NCBI GenBank assembly: GCA_963926395.1
Contig: CAWUWX010000002.1
Location: forward strand, 3,920 to 67,919
From: an uncultured Alphaproteobacteria bacterium
GTDB taxonomy: Bacteria; Pseudomonadota; Alphaproteobacteria; HIMB59
DNA length: 64,000 nt
Reading direction: 5' to 3'
The notes beneath the pieces are model-generated. The model had not been told where the DNA came from. It worked only from the letters and a program-made list of their open reading frames with translations, and ran no database searches. Shown here piece by piece: positions 21,600 through 31,183 of the stretch. Position 1 is the stretch's first letter; each line of letters begins with the position of its first letter. Both the position numbers and the translations under genes were made by a program.

Positions 21600-22568
21600 T
21601 TAACCCTTGTCGAACATCCAGCTAAAATCAAATGTGAAATTAATTTCATTCCATTCATCATATTTATCTTCTGGAAGCATAAGAGTTGAGCATTTCGGAT
21701 GATTAAAAGCTCTAAGCGCAGCTTCGCCAGCAGTTCGAAAGTAAGGATCTGTGGACATTTTTGAGGTATTTTTAATAATAGCCTCCTTCACTGTCCTATC
21801 AGGGTTAACAAAAATTTGTACCTGGACCTTCATATCTTCAAACCCCTTTGACCCAGCAGGAACGGTATAGCAAGAATATAGTTGTTGTTTTAATAATTCT
21901 AGTTCAGAGATAGTCATCTTTTCTCCAACTTCATCTGTGAAGACGTCTGATTGCTTTTCTTCAGTTGTCTCTTGTTCTTTTTTAAAATCTTTACTCTCTT
22001 GTTCAATATCTTTTAAAACTTTACTTACATTAAAAGATTTTTTTTTAGGTTTAGCTTTTAAAACAATTTCAACTTCAGGTTTTTCAATAATCTCTTTTGG
22101 TTCTGGCTTATTTTTAAGTTTAATTTCAAAATCATTTTTTACTTCAACTGGCTTTTCCTCGATGATCTCTTCGGGCTTTATTTTTTTTTCAATTACGAAG
22201 TCATTTTCTTCTTCAACTGATTCAGTTGCAAGAATTTCTTCTTTAGCTACTATCTGTTCAACTTCTTCAATTACTTCTTCTTCAGTTTCTTGAACCTGCT
22301 CAACCATGTCAGGAATAATTTCATTTACCTCTTGTTTGAATTCTGGTGCAGCTGTTTTTTCTTCAACAATAAACATTTCAACTGGAAGGATCAGAGGTAT
22401 GTCAGTAATTTTATCTTTGTTAAAAGTTAAACTAATCATAGGTAGTAAAAATAGAATGTGAACTAGAATTGAAAGAAAGGTAAAAGCATTATCTTTTTTC
22501 TGATAAAAAAAATCTTCAAGATAAAATCTAATTTGATTAAAGGGATTAAGAATTTTTTGTATATACAA
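21600..22568 (-). CDS. tolA: TolA
   Basis: TM helix with SxxxH (SILVH), E/K/P-rich stalk, C-terminal domain AALRA..LP.DKY.EW..I.F.FD. Confidence 0.88.
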   Translation of the reverse strand: MYIQKILNPFNQIRFYLEDFFYQKKDNAFTFLSILVHILFLLPMISLTFNKDKITDIPLILPVEMFIVEEKTAAPEFKQEVNEIIPDMVEQVQETEEEVIEEVEQIVAKEEILATESVEEENDFVIEKKIKPEEIIEEKPVEVKNDFEIKLKNKPEPKEIIEKPEVEIVLKAKPKKKSFNVSKVLKDIEQESKDFKKEQETTEEKQSDVFTDEVGEKMTISELELLKQQLYSCYTVPAGSKGFEDMKVQVQIFVNPDRTVKEAIIKNTSKMSTDPYFRTAGEAALRAFNHPKCSTLMLPEDKYDEWNEINFTFDFSWMFDKG

Positions 22569-22574
22569 TATTAT

Positions 22575-22970
22575 TTAATCAGGTTTTTTTGTAACAAGAG
22601 CTATTTTTAAAAAACCAGAAGTATTTAAAGCTCCAAGTACTTGCATGACTTCTCCATAATTTATATTTGTATCTGCTCTTAAAAAAATTCTAATATCACT
22701 ATTGTTACCTGCCACTGCCCTAACTTTAGATATTAATTCATCGAAGATTACCATTTCATCTCCAATAAAAAGTTCGTTATTTTCATTTAAAGTAATCTCT
22801 AACGGTTCTCTTTGCGCATCTAAAGACTGAGATTCAACTTTTGGAAGATTAACTGGAACTCCCACTGTTAATAAAGGTGCGGTTACCATAAAAACTATTA
22901 ATAACACTAACATAACATCAACCATTGGCGTTACATTGATTGCCGAAACTGGTCGATGCTTTCTTCTCAT
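22575..22970 (-). CDS. tolR: TolR
   Basis: INVTPMVDVMLVLLIVFMVTAP, LRAD. Confidence 0.96.
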   Translation of the reverse strand: MRRKHRPVSAINVTPMVDVMLVLLIVFMVTAPLLTVGVPVNLPKVESQSLDAQREPLEITLNENNELFIGDEMVIFDELISKVRAVAGNNSDIRIFLRADTNINYGEVMQVLGALNTSGFLKIALVTKKPD

Positions 22971-23671
22971 TAGCTCATTTGTCTTGAAATAATGTTTACT
23001 AAATCTTTTCCAAAATTCTCAACTTCAGATAGATAGTTATCAATTCTAGCAGTTATAAGATTATAAAAAGCAGTAGAAGGTATAGCTACAAATAAACCAA
23101 GTGCAGTAACAAAAAGTGCTTCAGCTATACCTGGGGCAACTACAGCCAAATTAGTATTTTGTGCTATGGCGATTGCTTGAAAGCTATGCATAATCCCCCA
23201 CACAGTTCCAAATAATCCAATAAAAGGGGCAACAGAACCAGATGAAGCAAGAAAAGATAATCCTCTATTGAGTTTTGAATCTTCATTACTGACACTTAAT
23301 TCTAAAACCGTTTCTAATCTTTGAATCAAAAAACTATCCATTTTTGTTTTTGATTTTAAAGATTTATCATATTCATCCATGATATTTTTAAAAATCAAAG
23401 AAAAACTCTCTTCTTCAAATTCATCAATTTGCTCGTGAAGTTCATCTAGCGTAACACCTGACCAAAAATGATTTTCAAATTTTTTAGAAATGCGTTTCAT
23501 TTTACTAATAGTAAATAATTTTTGAACGATAATTTTCCATGACTGAATAGAAAAAATTAAAAGCAAAAGAATGACAAATTTAACAATCCAGTCAGATTTA
23601 AAGAACATAGAAAACATAGAAAAATCAACTGATCCTTTCATTGATGCTAAATTAATTACTTCGTTTTCCAT
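22970..23671 (-). CDS. tolQ: TolQ
   Basis: APFIGLFGTVWGIM, VAPGIAEAL. Confidence 0.96.
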   Translation of the reverse strand: MENEVINLASMKGSVDFSMFSMFFKSDWIVKFVILLLLIFSIQSWKIIVQKLFTISKMKRISKKFENHFWSGVTLDELHEQIDEFEEESFSLIFKNIMDEYDKSLKSKTKMDSFLIQRLETVLELSVSNEDSKLNRGLSFLASSGSVAPFIGLFGTVWGIMHSFQAIAIAQNTNLAVVAPGIAEALFVTALGLFVAIPSTAFYNLITARIDNYLSEVENFGKDLVNIISRQMS

Positions 23672-24001
23672 TTATTCAATCTCCTTAATAATAATATTAT
23701 TATGTGTTATTTTTGAAACTGATTCAAAATCATCCGAATGAACCATAATCCAAAAACCCGGTCTATTTTTCTCACATAGTGCGATGACGGGTATTTTTTT
23801 TTCTTTATCAGCATAAACTTTAGTATCATCCCAAAGTTTCACAGCAGAGTGTTTGGCCCTCAACTTACATTCAATAAACAATTCTTTATGAATAACATCT
23901 GCATGAGTGACTTTTGAATTTATACCACTTAAAGCATTTCTTATTCCTCCAAAAAATTTGGATACTAAACGTTCTCTGTTCTTCCAAGCTTTATCAGGCA
24001 T
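23672..24001 (-). CDS. Small PD-(D/E)xK nuclease, Hjc/phage Holliday-junction-resolvase-like
   Basis: WK..ER..(helix), R..LSG, AD(V)..FIECK catalytic spacing, PVIAL; 109 aa, overlaps yebC stop and abuts tolQ start. Confidence 0.7.
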   Translation of the reverse strand: MPDKAWKNRERLVSKFFGGIRNALSGINSKVTHADVIHKELFIECKLRAKHSAVKLWDDTKVYADKEKKIPVIALCEKNRPGFWIMVHSDDFESVSKITHNNIIIKEIE

Positions 24002-24734
24002 CTGATTCTCCTATCAATTTACTATCAAAATCTAGATTAGAGAAACAATTTTGAACATCGTCATTATCTTCTAAATCGTCCGATAATTTCAAAAGTTTCT
24101 CAAGGTCTTCTCTAGAAGTAATTTCTACGTTCATATTAGGCTTCCAAATTAATTTAGCCCCTTCTACTTCTAATTTCTTATCTTGAACAAACTTTTCAAC
24201 TGTAAATAAATCTTCTAATTTACAATAAAGATAAGTCTCCCCCCCATCTAAAACATAATCCTCCACACCAACTTCAATTAATTCCTCAATCGTCTCGTCA
24301 TTAAGACTAGCTTTAATAACTACTTCGCCCACTTTATCAAAATTATAACTAACGCTACCTGTCTCACCAAGGTTACCACCATTTCTCGAGAAAATTGTTC
24401 TGATTTCAGTAGCAGTTCTATTTTTATTATCAGTTAGAGCTTCTATAATAAATGCTGTTCCGTAAGGCCCATAACCTTCGTATCTAATTTCAGAGTAATC
24501 TGCGGTATCAGTGTTGTTTTTATTAATAGCTCTTTCAATATTATCTTTTGGCATATTTACACTTCTGGCATTATTCATTGCAAGTCTTAATCTTGGATTT
24601 TTTTCAGGGTCAGGACCCCCGAGCTTTGAAGCAATTTGAATTTCTCTTCCTATTTTACCAAACTGTTTTGCTCTTTTCTTATCTTGTGCTCCTTTACGAA
24701 ACTGAATATTTTTAAATTTTGAATGACCTGCCAT
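23994..24734 (-). CDS. yebC: YebC/PmpR family protein
   Basis: MAGHSKF.NI, NPRLR, YEGYGP, TDNKNRT, DDVQ. Confidence 0.96.
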   Translation of the reverse strand: MAGHSKFKNIQFRKGAQDKKRAKQFGKIGREIQIASKLGGPDPEKNPRLRLAMNNARSVNMPKDNIERAINKNNTDTADYSEIRYEGYGPYGTAFIIEALTDNKNRTATEIRTIFSRNGGNLGETGSVSYNFDKVGEVVIKASLNDETIEELIEVGVEDYVLDGGETYLYCKLEDLFTVEKFVQDKKLEVEGAKLIWKPNMNVEITSREDLEKLLKLSDDLEDNDDVQNCFSNLDFDSKLIGESDA

Positions 24735-24737
24735 TTT

Positions 24738-25553
24738 TTAAAACTCTTCTCTATTTAGAACTCCGCCAATTAAAATCGATTTTATAGACGCGACGTCTGT
24801 ATTAGATTCTTTTTTAATCACTATACCTGAAATAGTAGCCTCACCTTCACCGGGTTCTAATCTATTAGAATTAATACCTGTTCGCATTCTTTTTATAGCG
24901 TTCTCTTTCTTCATGCCAATTATTGAATCATAATCACCTGTCATTCCAATATCTGTTTTAAATGCGGTGCCTTTATTTAATATTCTAGCATCAGCTGTAG
25001 GAATGTGAGTATGTGTCCCATAAATACCTGTAAATTTTCCATCATAATGTTGACCTATACCATTTTTTTCCGAAGTAGCTTCTCCATGTACCTCTAAAAA
25101 CGAATAATCAGCCTTACCTGCCTCAAGAAGAGAGATAATTTCTGTATCCAGACTATAAAAAGGATCATTTAAAGGTAAGTTTATAAATAGTTTTGTATGC
25201 ACTTGGCAAACTAGTATTTTTTTTCCATTAGGGTGATCAAATATTTTATATCCCCTGCCTGGGGAGTCATTTAAAAAGTTAAGAGGCCTTATAATAGAGT
25301 GATTTGGATTAGATTCCATATAATCAATTATCTCAATTTTATCCCAAGCGTGATTTCCTAAGGTGACCGCATCGACTCCCATAGCAATTAGCTCTTCATA
25401 TATTTTTGGAGTTAGGCCAAATCCTGCGGCCGAATTTTCCGCATTAACAATAGTAAAGTCAATTTCAAATTTTTTCTTTATCTCAGTTAGATGTGAGTGC
25501 AATGCGTTTCTTCCCACTCTACCAACTACATCGCCTATCATTAAAAAATTCAT
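24738..25553 (-). CDS. ymdB: YmdB-like metallophosphoesterase (TIGR00282)
   Basis: GDVVG, NAEN, TLGNH, HGEATSEK, GTHTH, TDIGMTG. Confidence 0.92.
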   Translation of the reverse strand: MNFLMIGDVVGRVGRNALHSHLTEIKKKFEIDFTIVNAENSAAGFGLTPKIYEELIAMGVDAVTLGNHAWDKIEIIDYMESNPNHSIIRPLNFLNDSPGRGYKIFDHPNGKKILVCQVHTKLFINLPLNDPFYSLDTEIISLLEAGKADYSFLEVHGEATSEKNGIGQHYDGKFTGIYGTHTHIPTADARILNKGTAFKTDIGMTGDYDSIIGMKKENAIKRMRTGINSNRLEPGEGEATISGIVIKKESNTDVASIKSILIGGVLNREEF

Positions 25554-25555
25554 AA

Positions 25556-26116
25556 TTATATTTTACTAGTCTCCGTACAAATAAAATCAACTTTTTGATC
25601 ATACTGTTCTTGAAAAATTTCATCACATTGTTGCATATCAAAAGCTGCAAGAATAGTGAAAAAATTTTTATTTTTTTCTTTAAATTTTTCTATTGTTCTA
25701 TCATAAAATCCTCCCCCATATCCAACTCTATACTTCTCTAAATTAAAAGCTGAGCAAGAAACAACAATAGCTTCTGGTTCTAAAGAAAGAGAGTGAATAG
25801 GTTCTAAAATTCCACGGTAACCTTTTGCAACATTGTGAGCCTGATAACTAAAAATTTTATAATCTAATGGTTCTAATTTACTTTTAACAACTGGCAAAGT
25901 TACATGAATTTGATTAGCTTCCAAATCTGGACAGAGATCCAATACCTCAACTTCATTATCAAATGGATAAAACAAGCCAATAGATTTAATATCGGGAAAG
26001 TTAGATAAAACTTTTAGAATATTACTATTGATAATTTTGGATTTAGTTTTTACTTCATCGATTTTTAAACTTTTTCTTTTTGAAAGAAATGTTTTTCTGA
26101 TTTCAAATTTATTCAA
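25556..26116 (-). CDS. ygfA: 5-formyltetrahydrofolate cyclo-ligase
   Basis: K..IRK..L..R, GILEP, RVGYGGGFYDR, D..VD...TE. Confidence 0.93.
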   Translation of the reverse strand: MNKFEIRKTFLSKRKSLKIDEVKTKSKIINSNILKVLSNFPDIKSIGLFYPFDNEVEVLDLCPDLEANQIHVTLPVVKSKLEPLDYKIFSYQAHNVAKGYRGILEPIHSLSLEPEAIVVSCSAFNLEKYRVGYGGGFYDRTIEKFKEKNKNFFTILAAFDMQQCDEIFQEQYDQKVDFICTETSKI

Positions 26117-26444
26117 TTGGAAGTTCTGAATCGAGTTTAATCATTATGGAGTCAATGATTTTTTTTAAATGTAAATTTTCTTCTCGCATTTGCTCTATAG
26201 TATTTTCATAAAATAATTTATTGTTAAGGGATTCTTTTAAAATACTTTCCTTATTAAAGCTATCTTCCATCGATTTTAAAAAAGCAATAAAGGTTGAAGT
26301 TAAAAAAGGAACACTTTCTCTCTTTTCATTATTAATAAGATCACTAATTTTTAATGCAAGATCCTTAACAACATTCTTATTATTATCGGAACATTGAATT
26401 CTCAAAGGTCTTCCGGCTATGTTTAGATCTAGAAGATTAGACAT
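26109..26444 (-). CDS. zapA: ZapA-like cell division protein
   Basis: L.IAGR...I.C N-terminus plus coiled coil; located upstream of ygfA. Confidence 0.7.
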   Translation of the reverse strand: MSNLLDLNIAGRPLRIQCSDNNKNVVKDLALKISDLINNEKRESVPFLTSTFIAFLKSMEDSFNKESILKESLNNKLFYENTIEQMREENLHLKKIIDSIMIKLDSELPIE

Positions 26445-26697
26445 CGCTATCTATATTAACTAAAACTTCTTCTATTTTATTAGTTGCCTGTTCAATTAAT
26501 TGATTTTTTTGTTCTATTTCCCTTTTGTTACCTTCTAGTTCTTGCTCTAATTCGGTCTGCCTTTTTTCCAAATAATCCACTTTTAGTTTATTCTCCAAAA
26601 GTTTTTGTTCGAGCTCTCTAGATAAATTTCTAAAAGATTTGAGTTTATCTACTAATTGGTCTATTTTGTTTGTGATTTGTTGTTGAATATCATCCAT
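26437..26697 (-). CDS. Small coiled-coil protein (ZapB/DUF4164-like)
   Basis: 86 aa heptad-rich; upstream of zapA and divergent from tkt, as in other alphaproteobacteria. Confidence 0.65.
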   Translation of the reverse strand: MDDIQQQITNKIDQLVDKLKSFRNLSRELEQKLLENKLKVDYLEKRQTELEQELEGNKREIEQKNQLIEQATNKIEEVLVNIDSDV

Positions 26698-26732
26698 AGT
26701 TTAATTTATAAGTATATCAGAGAGTTATTCCA

Positions 26733-28673
26733 TTGAAAAATTATCGTGAACTAGCAAATTGCATCAGGTTTTTATCTATAGATGCCGTTCAGAGAGCAAA
26801 ATCAGGTCACCCTGGCATGCCAATGGGTATGGCCGATATAGCAACAGTACTTTTTAAAGATTATATAAATTTTAATCCTGCAGATCCTGAATGGTCTTTT
26901 AGGGATAGATTCGTCTTATCAAATGGGCATGGGTCTATGCTTCTTTACTCTCTTCTTTATCTAACGGGTTATAAAAAAATGACTTTAGATCAAATTAAAA
27001 ATTTTAGACAATTAGGATCAATTACAGCGGGACATCCTGAATATGAACCAGAAACAGGAATAGAAATTACTACAGGACCACTAGGTCAAGGTATTGCTAA
27101 TGCTGTTGGTATGGCACTTGCTCAAAAAAATTTGGCCGCAAAACTTAAATTAAAATTTTGCCCTAAGGTATATGTTTTTTGTGGTGATGGCTGCTTGCAG
27201 GAAGGCATCAGTCAAGAAGCTATTAGTCTTGCGGGTCACTTACAGTTAGATAACTTAATTCTGATTTATGATAACAATAAAATAAGTATTGACGGTTCAA
27301 CAGATTTATCTTTTTCAGACAATACTAATTTAAGATTTGAATCGGTTAATTGGGATGTTTCTAATGGAGATGGGCATGATTTCACAAGTATAAAAAAAAA
27401 TCTGAATAAAACTCTTAAATCAAAAAAACCTATATTATTAAATTTTAAAACTACTATAGGATTTGGTTCACCAAATAAATCTTCCAAGTCATCGTCTCAT
27501 GGATCTCCTCTAGGCGATGAAGAAATAGCTAAAACAAGAGAGCAGCTGAATTGGAATTACGGTGATTTTATAATACCTAAAGCTTTATTAAAGGATTGGG
27601 GATTAAGTCATAAAAGATGTATGTCTTTTTATAAATTATCCAAAAAACATGAATCGAAAATTAAATTATTTAAATCTAAAAATGATTTAACAAAATTATT
27701 TAGTAAAATTAAAAAAGATGTTATTAAATTTACTGATAAGCAAGCCACAAGAAAATCATCTGAAGTTATTATAGACTACTTAAGTAAATCTGAATCTATA
27801 ATTGGCGGTTCTGCTGATTTAACTGGATCGAATCTTACTAAAGGTAAATCGATGAGTATTCTTGATAAAAAAAACTTAGGAGGTCAGTATATTCACTTTG
27901 GGGTAAGAGAGCATGGTATGGCTGGAATTATGAACGGTATTGCTTCTACGAACTTCTTTAAAATTTTTTCAGGAACTTTTCTTAGTTTTGCTGATTATAT
28001 GAAACCGAGTTTAAGATTAGCTGCATTAATGAAAATCGATCCTATTCTTGTATTCACTCATGACTCAATTGGATTAGGCGAAGATGGACCAACTCACCAA
28101 CCGATTGAACAAATTAATATGTTAAGGTCTATTCCTAATAGCTATGTTTTTCGTCCTGCAGATTTATTAGAAACCGTACTATGTTGGGAGGCGGCAATTA
28201 AAATTAAAAATGGACCTTCCTTTCTTTGTCTTTCTAGACAGAATTTGCCACAAATCTCAAATAGTTTAGTAAAAATAAAAGATTTTAAAGGCGCTTATGT
28301 TATTGAGCAAAATAACAAAAAAAATCATATAACAATTATCGCTACTGGATCAGAGGTTTCTTTAGCAATAGAGACTTCAAATATTTTATTAGACAATAAA
28401 ATTTTTTCAAAAATTATATCTATGCCGTCTAGTTCGCTATTTGAAAAACAGTCTGTATCATTTCAAAAGAATTTACTTAATTCGTCAACAGGAGAAGTAT
28501 TTGTTATTGAAGCAGGGTCAACTATGTACTGGAATAAATTTACAAATAAAGAAAATATTTTTGGTATAGATGATTTTGGTTCTAGTGCACCTGCCAATCA
28601 GGTTTATAAGAAATTTGGACTAGATCCAAAAATAATTTCAAAAAATATTATGAAAGGTATGAAAAAAAAATAA
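26733..28673 (+). CDS. tkt: Transketolase
   Basis: SGHPGMPMG, GHPE, TTGPLGQG, GDGCLQEG, THDSIGLGEDGPTHQP. Confidence 0.97.
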   Translation: MKNYRELANCIRFLSIDAVQRAKSGHPGMPMGMADIATVLFKDYINFNPADPEWSFRDRFVLSNGHGSMLLYSLLYLTGYKKMTLDQIKNFRQLGSITAGHPEYEPETGIEITTGPLGQGIANAVGMALAQKNLAAKLKLKFCPKVYVFCGDGCLQEGISQEAISLAGHLQLDNLILIYDNNKISIDGSTDLSFSDNTNLRFESVNWDVSNGDGHDFTSIKKNLNKTLKSKKPILLNFKTTIGFGSPNKSSKSSSHGSPLGDEEIAKTREQLNWNYGDFIIPKALLKDWGLSHKRCMSFYKLSKKHESKIKLFKSKNDLTKLFSKIKKDVIKFTDKQATRKSSEVIIDYLSKSESIIGGSADLTGSNLTKGKSMSILDKKNLGGQYIHFGVREHGMAGIMNGIASTNFFKIFSGTFLSFADYMKPSLRLAALMKIDPILVFTHDSIGLGEDGPTHQPIEQINMLRSIPNSYVFRPADLLETVLCWEAAIKIKNGPSFLCLSRQNLPQISNSLVKIKDFKGAYVIEQNNKKNHITIIATGSEVSLAIETSNILLDNKIFSKIISMPSSSLFEKQSVSFQKNLLNSSTGEVFVIEAGSTMYWNKFTNKENIFGIDDFGSSAPANQVYKKFGLDPKIISKNIMKGMKKK

Positions 28674-29693
28674 ATGAGTAAAAAAAAAGTTGCTATTAAT
28701 GGATTTGGAAGAATAGGAAGATTAGTATTTAGAGCTTTTATTGAAAGACATGAAGAGTTTTCTAATGACTATGAAATCACTCATATTAACGATCTTGCCG
28801 ACATAGATTCAAATATTCATTTATTAAAATTTGACAGCGTTCATGGAAAAATGCCTTTTGAAATTTTAAAAGTTAATGACAATGAATTTACTATAGCTGG
28901 AAAAAAAATCACTGTTTCTGCAGAAAGAGATCCCCAAAATTTAAAATGGTCTGAAAAAAATATTGATGTTGTAATGGAATGTACGGGTATATTTGCAACA
29001 AAAGAAAAATCGTTACTCCATATTAAAAGTGGTGCTTCTAAAGTTATAGTTTCAGCGCCTTGTACTGATGCTGACATAACTATCGTTCAAGGAGTTAATC
29101 ATTCGCTTTTATCATCTGATCATATTGTGATCTCCAACGCTTCCTGTACAACGAATTGTTTAGCTCCTGTAGCTCACGTCATTGACAAAGAGTTTGGAAT
29201 TGAATCTGGATATATGACCACTATTCATTCTTTTACTGGAGATCAAAGTACAGTAGACACTTTTCATAAAGATTTAAGAAGAGCTAGAGGAGCTTCTCAA
29301 AATATTATTCCTACTAGTACGGGTGCAGCTAAAGCTGTTGGATTAGTTTTACCTAATCTTAAAGGTAAACTTGATGGAACTGCTATTAGAGTTCCTACCC
29401 CAAATGTCTCATTAGTAGACTTTAAATTTAATACAAATAAAAAAATTACTGTCGATGCTCTGAATGCAAAATTTAAAGAATATGAATCTACTTCGCTGAA
29501 AAATATTTTAGGTCTTGATACAGAACCTAAGGTTTCTTCCGATTATAATCACGATCCTAGGAGTTCTATTTTAGACCTTACGGAAACTACTGTTATCTCC
29601 CCTACTTTTGGAAGAATTATGACTTGGTATGATAATGAATGGGGTTTTTCGAATAGAATGCTTGAGACAGTAAAACAAGTGTGTAAATTATAA
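28674..29693 (+). CDS. gap: Type I glyceraldehyde-3-phosphate dehydrogenase
   Basis: INGFGRIGR, SNASCTTNCLAP, WYDNEWGF. Confidence 0.97.
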   Translation: MSKKKVAINGFGRIGRLVFRAFIERHEEFSNDYEITHINDLADIDSNIHLLKFDSVHGKMPFEILKVNDNEFTIAGKKITVSAERDPQNLKWSEKNIDVVMECTGIFATKEKSLLHIKSGASKVIVSAPCTDADITIVQGVNHSLLSSDHIVISNASCTTNCLAPVAHVIDKEFGIESGYMTTIHSFTGDQSTVDTFHKDLRRARGASQNIIPTSTGAAKAVGLVLPNLKGKLDGTAIRVPTPNVSLVDFKFNTNKKITVDALNAKFKEYESTSLKNILGLDTEPKVSSDYNHDPRSSILDLTETTVISPTFGRIMTWYDNEWGFSNRMLETVKQVCKL

Positions 29694-29695
29694 TT

Positions 29696-30613
29696 ATGAA
29701 AATTACATCAACCGTAAAAAAAATATTATCCTCATACGAAAGTGAGAATTTCGGAGTAAGAACTAATTTATCAAGAATTTTAATGCATGGTAAGCTTGCG
29801 GGAACTGGCAGATTAATTATTTTGCCTGTAGATCAAGGTTTTGAACATGGGCCCGATAGGAGTTTTGCAATTAACCCAGATGCTTATAATCCAATATATC
29901 ATTATCAATTGGCCATAGATGCTGGTTTAAGCGCTTATGCCGCTCCCTTAGGGATGCTTCAAGCTGGAGTTGGAAATTTTTACGGACAGATACCAACTAT
30001 TTTAAAAATCAATAGCTCCAATACATTAGCACAATCTATGGATCAGGCTGTAACAGGAACAGTCGATGATGCCGTTAAAATGGGATGTAGTGCTATTGGA
30101 TTTACAATTTATCCTGGGTCTGACCATAATTTCGACTTAATGGAAGAATTCAGAGAAATTTCCAAAGAAGCAAAAGATAAAGGTCTTGCTGTTGTTTTAT
30201 GGGCTTATGCTCGTGGAGTTAAAATCTCCAAACAAGGTGAAACTGCTATCAATATAATCTCTTATGCAGCACATATGTCAGCTCTATTAGGGGCTAATAT
30301 TATTAAAGTTAAACTTCCAACAGACTTTATTGAAGATGACCCTACTAAAGTTGCTTTTGAAAATGAATTAATAGAAGTATCTACTTTGAAAGATAGAGTT
30401 GCTCATATAAAGAAAGTTGCTTTTGATGGAATGCGGATTGTCATATTTTCTGGTGGAGACACAAAAAATGATAATGCTTTAATGGATGAAATTAAGGCCA
30501 TTCATCTTGGTGGCGGTAACGGATCTATTATAGGCCGTAATTGCTTTCAAAGAAAAAGAGAAGACTCACTTAAACTACTTAATCAAATGATTGAAATTTA
30601 TAAATCTAAATGA
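29696..30613 (+). CDS. fbaB: Class I (DhnA-type) fructose-bisphosphate aldolase
   Basis: ILPVDQGFEHGP, GFTIYPGS, IIKVKLP, GSIIGRN. Confidence 0.93.
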   Translation: MKITSTVKKILSSYESENFGVRTNLSRILMHGKLAGTGRLIILPVDQGFEHGPDRSFAINPDAYNPIYHYQLAIDAGLSAYAAPLGMLQAGVGNFYGQIPTILKINSSNTLAQSMDQAVTGTVDDAVKMGCSAIGFTIYPGSDHNFDLMEEFREISKEAKDKGLAVVLWAYARGVKISKQGETAINIISYAAHMSALLGANIIKVKLPTDFIEDDPTKVAFENELIEVSTLKDRVAHIKKVAFDGMRIVIFSGGDTKNDNALMDEIKAIHLGGGNGSIIGRNCFQRKREDSLKLLNQMIEIYKSK

Positions 30614-31176
30614 AGATAGGTGCAAACGAATTAAAAGTTGGTAATATTATTGAGCATAATAATTCTCTATGGAAAGTTGGAAAACTTTCTCACACTCAAC
30701 CTGGTAAAGGTGGAGCATATGTACAAGCTGAATTAAAAAATATTTCCAATCAATCTAAACTGAACGAAAGATTTAGAAGTTCTGAGTCTATTGAAAGAGT
30801 TCGTTCAGAGCAAATTGAACATCAGTTTTTATTTAGAAGCGGAGATGAGTTTACCTTTATGAATAATTTAAATTTTGAACAAATAATTCTTACTAAAGAA
30901 ATTATTGATGATAATGCCGCTAATATTTTAGAAGACGGTATGACTGTCATTATTGAATCATTTGATGAAAAACCTATGAACGTCATCCTTCCAGATCAAG
31001 TAATATTAGAAGTTTTAGAGACTGAAGCTGTCATTAAAGGTCAAACTGTCTCCTCGTCTTACAAGCCTGCTCTCTTAGAAAAAAAAATTAGAACAACTGT
31101 TCCAGGTCATATTGAAGTGGGTGATAAAATTAAATTAAACACTAAAGATTTTACTTATATAGAAAAATCTAAATAA
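30610..31176 (+). CDS. efp: Elongation factor P
   Basis: QPGKGGA loop, KGQTVSSSYKPA. Confidence 0.96.
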   Translation: MKIGANELKVGNIIEHNNSLWKVGKLSHTQPGKGGAYVQAELKNISNQSKLNERFRSSESIERVRSEQIEHQFLFRSGDEFTFMNNLNFEQIILTKEIIDDNAANILEDGMTVIIESFDEKPMNVILPDQVILEVLETEAVIKGQTVSSSYKPALLEKKIRTTVPGHIEVGDKIKLNTKDFTYIEKSK

Positions 31177-31183
31177 TACTTTA

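Noticed and set aside
21937-22293. 118-aa Ser/Phe-rich antisense ORF and apparent repeats in tolA
   Set aside because: Mirror of the low-complexity Glu/Lys TolA stalk
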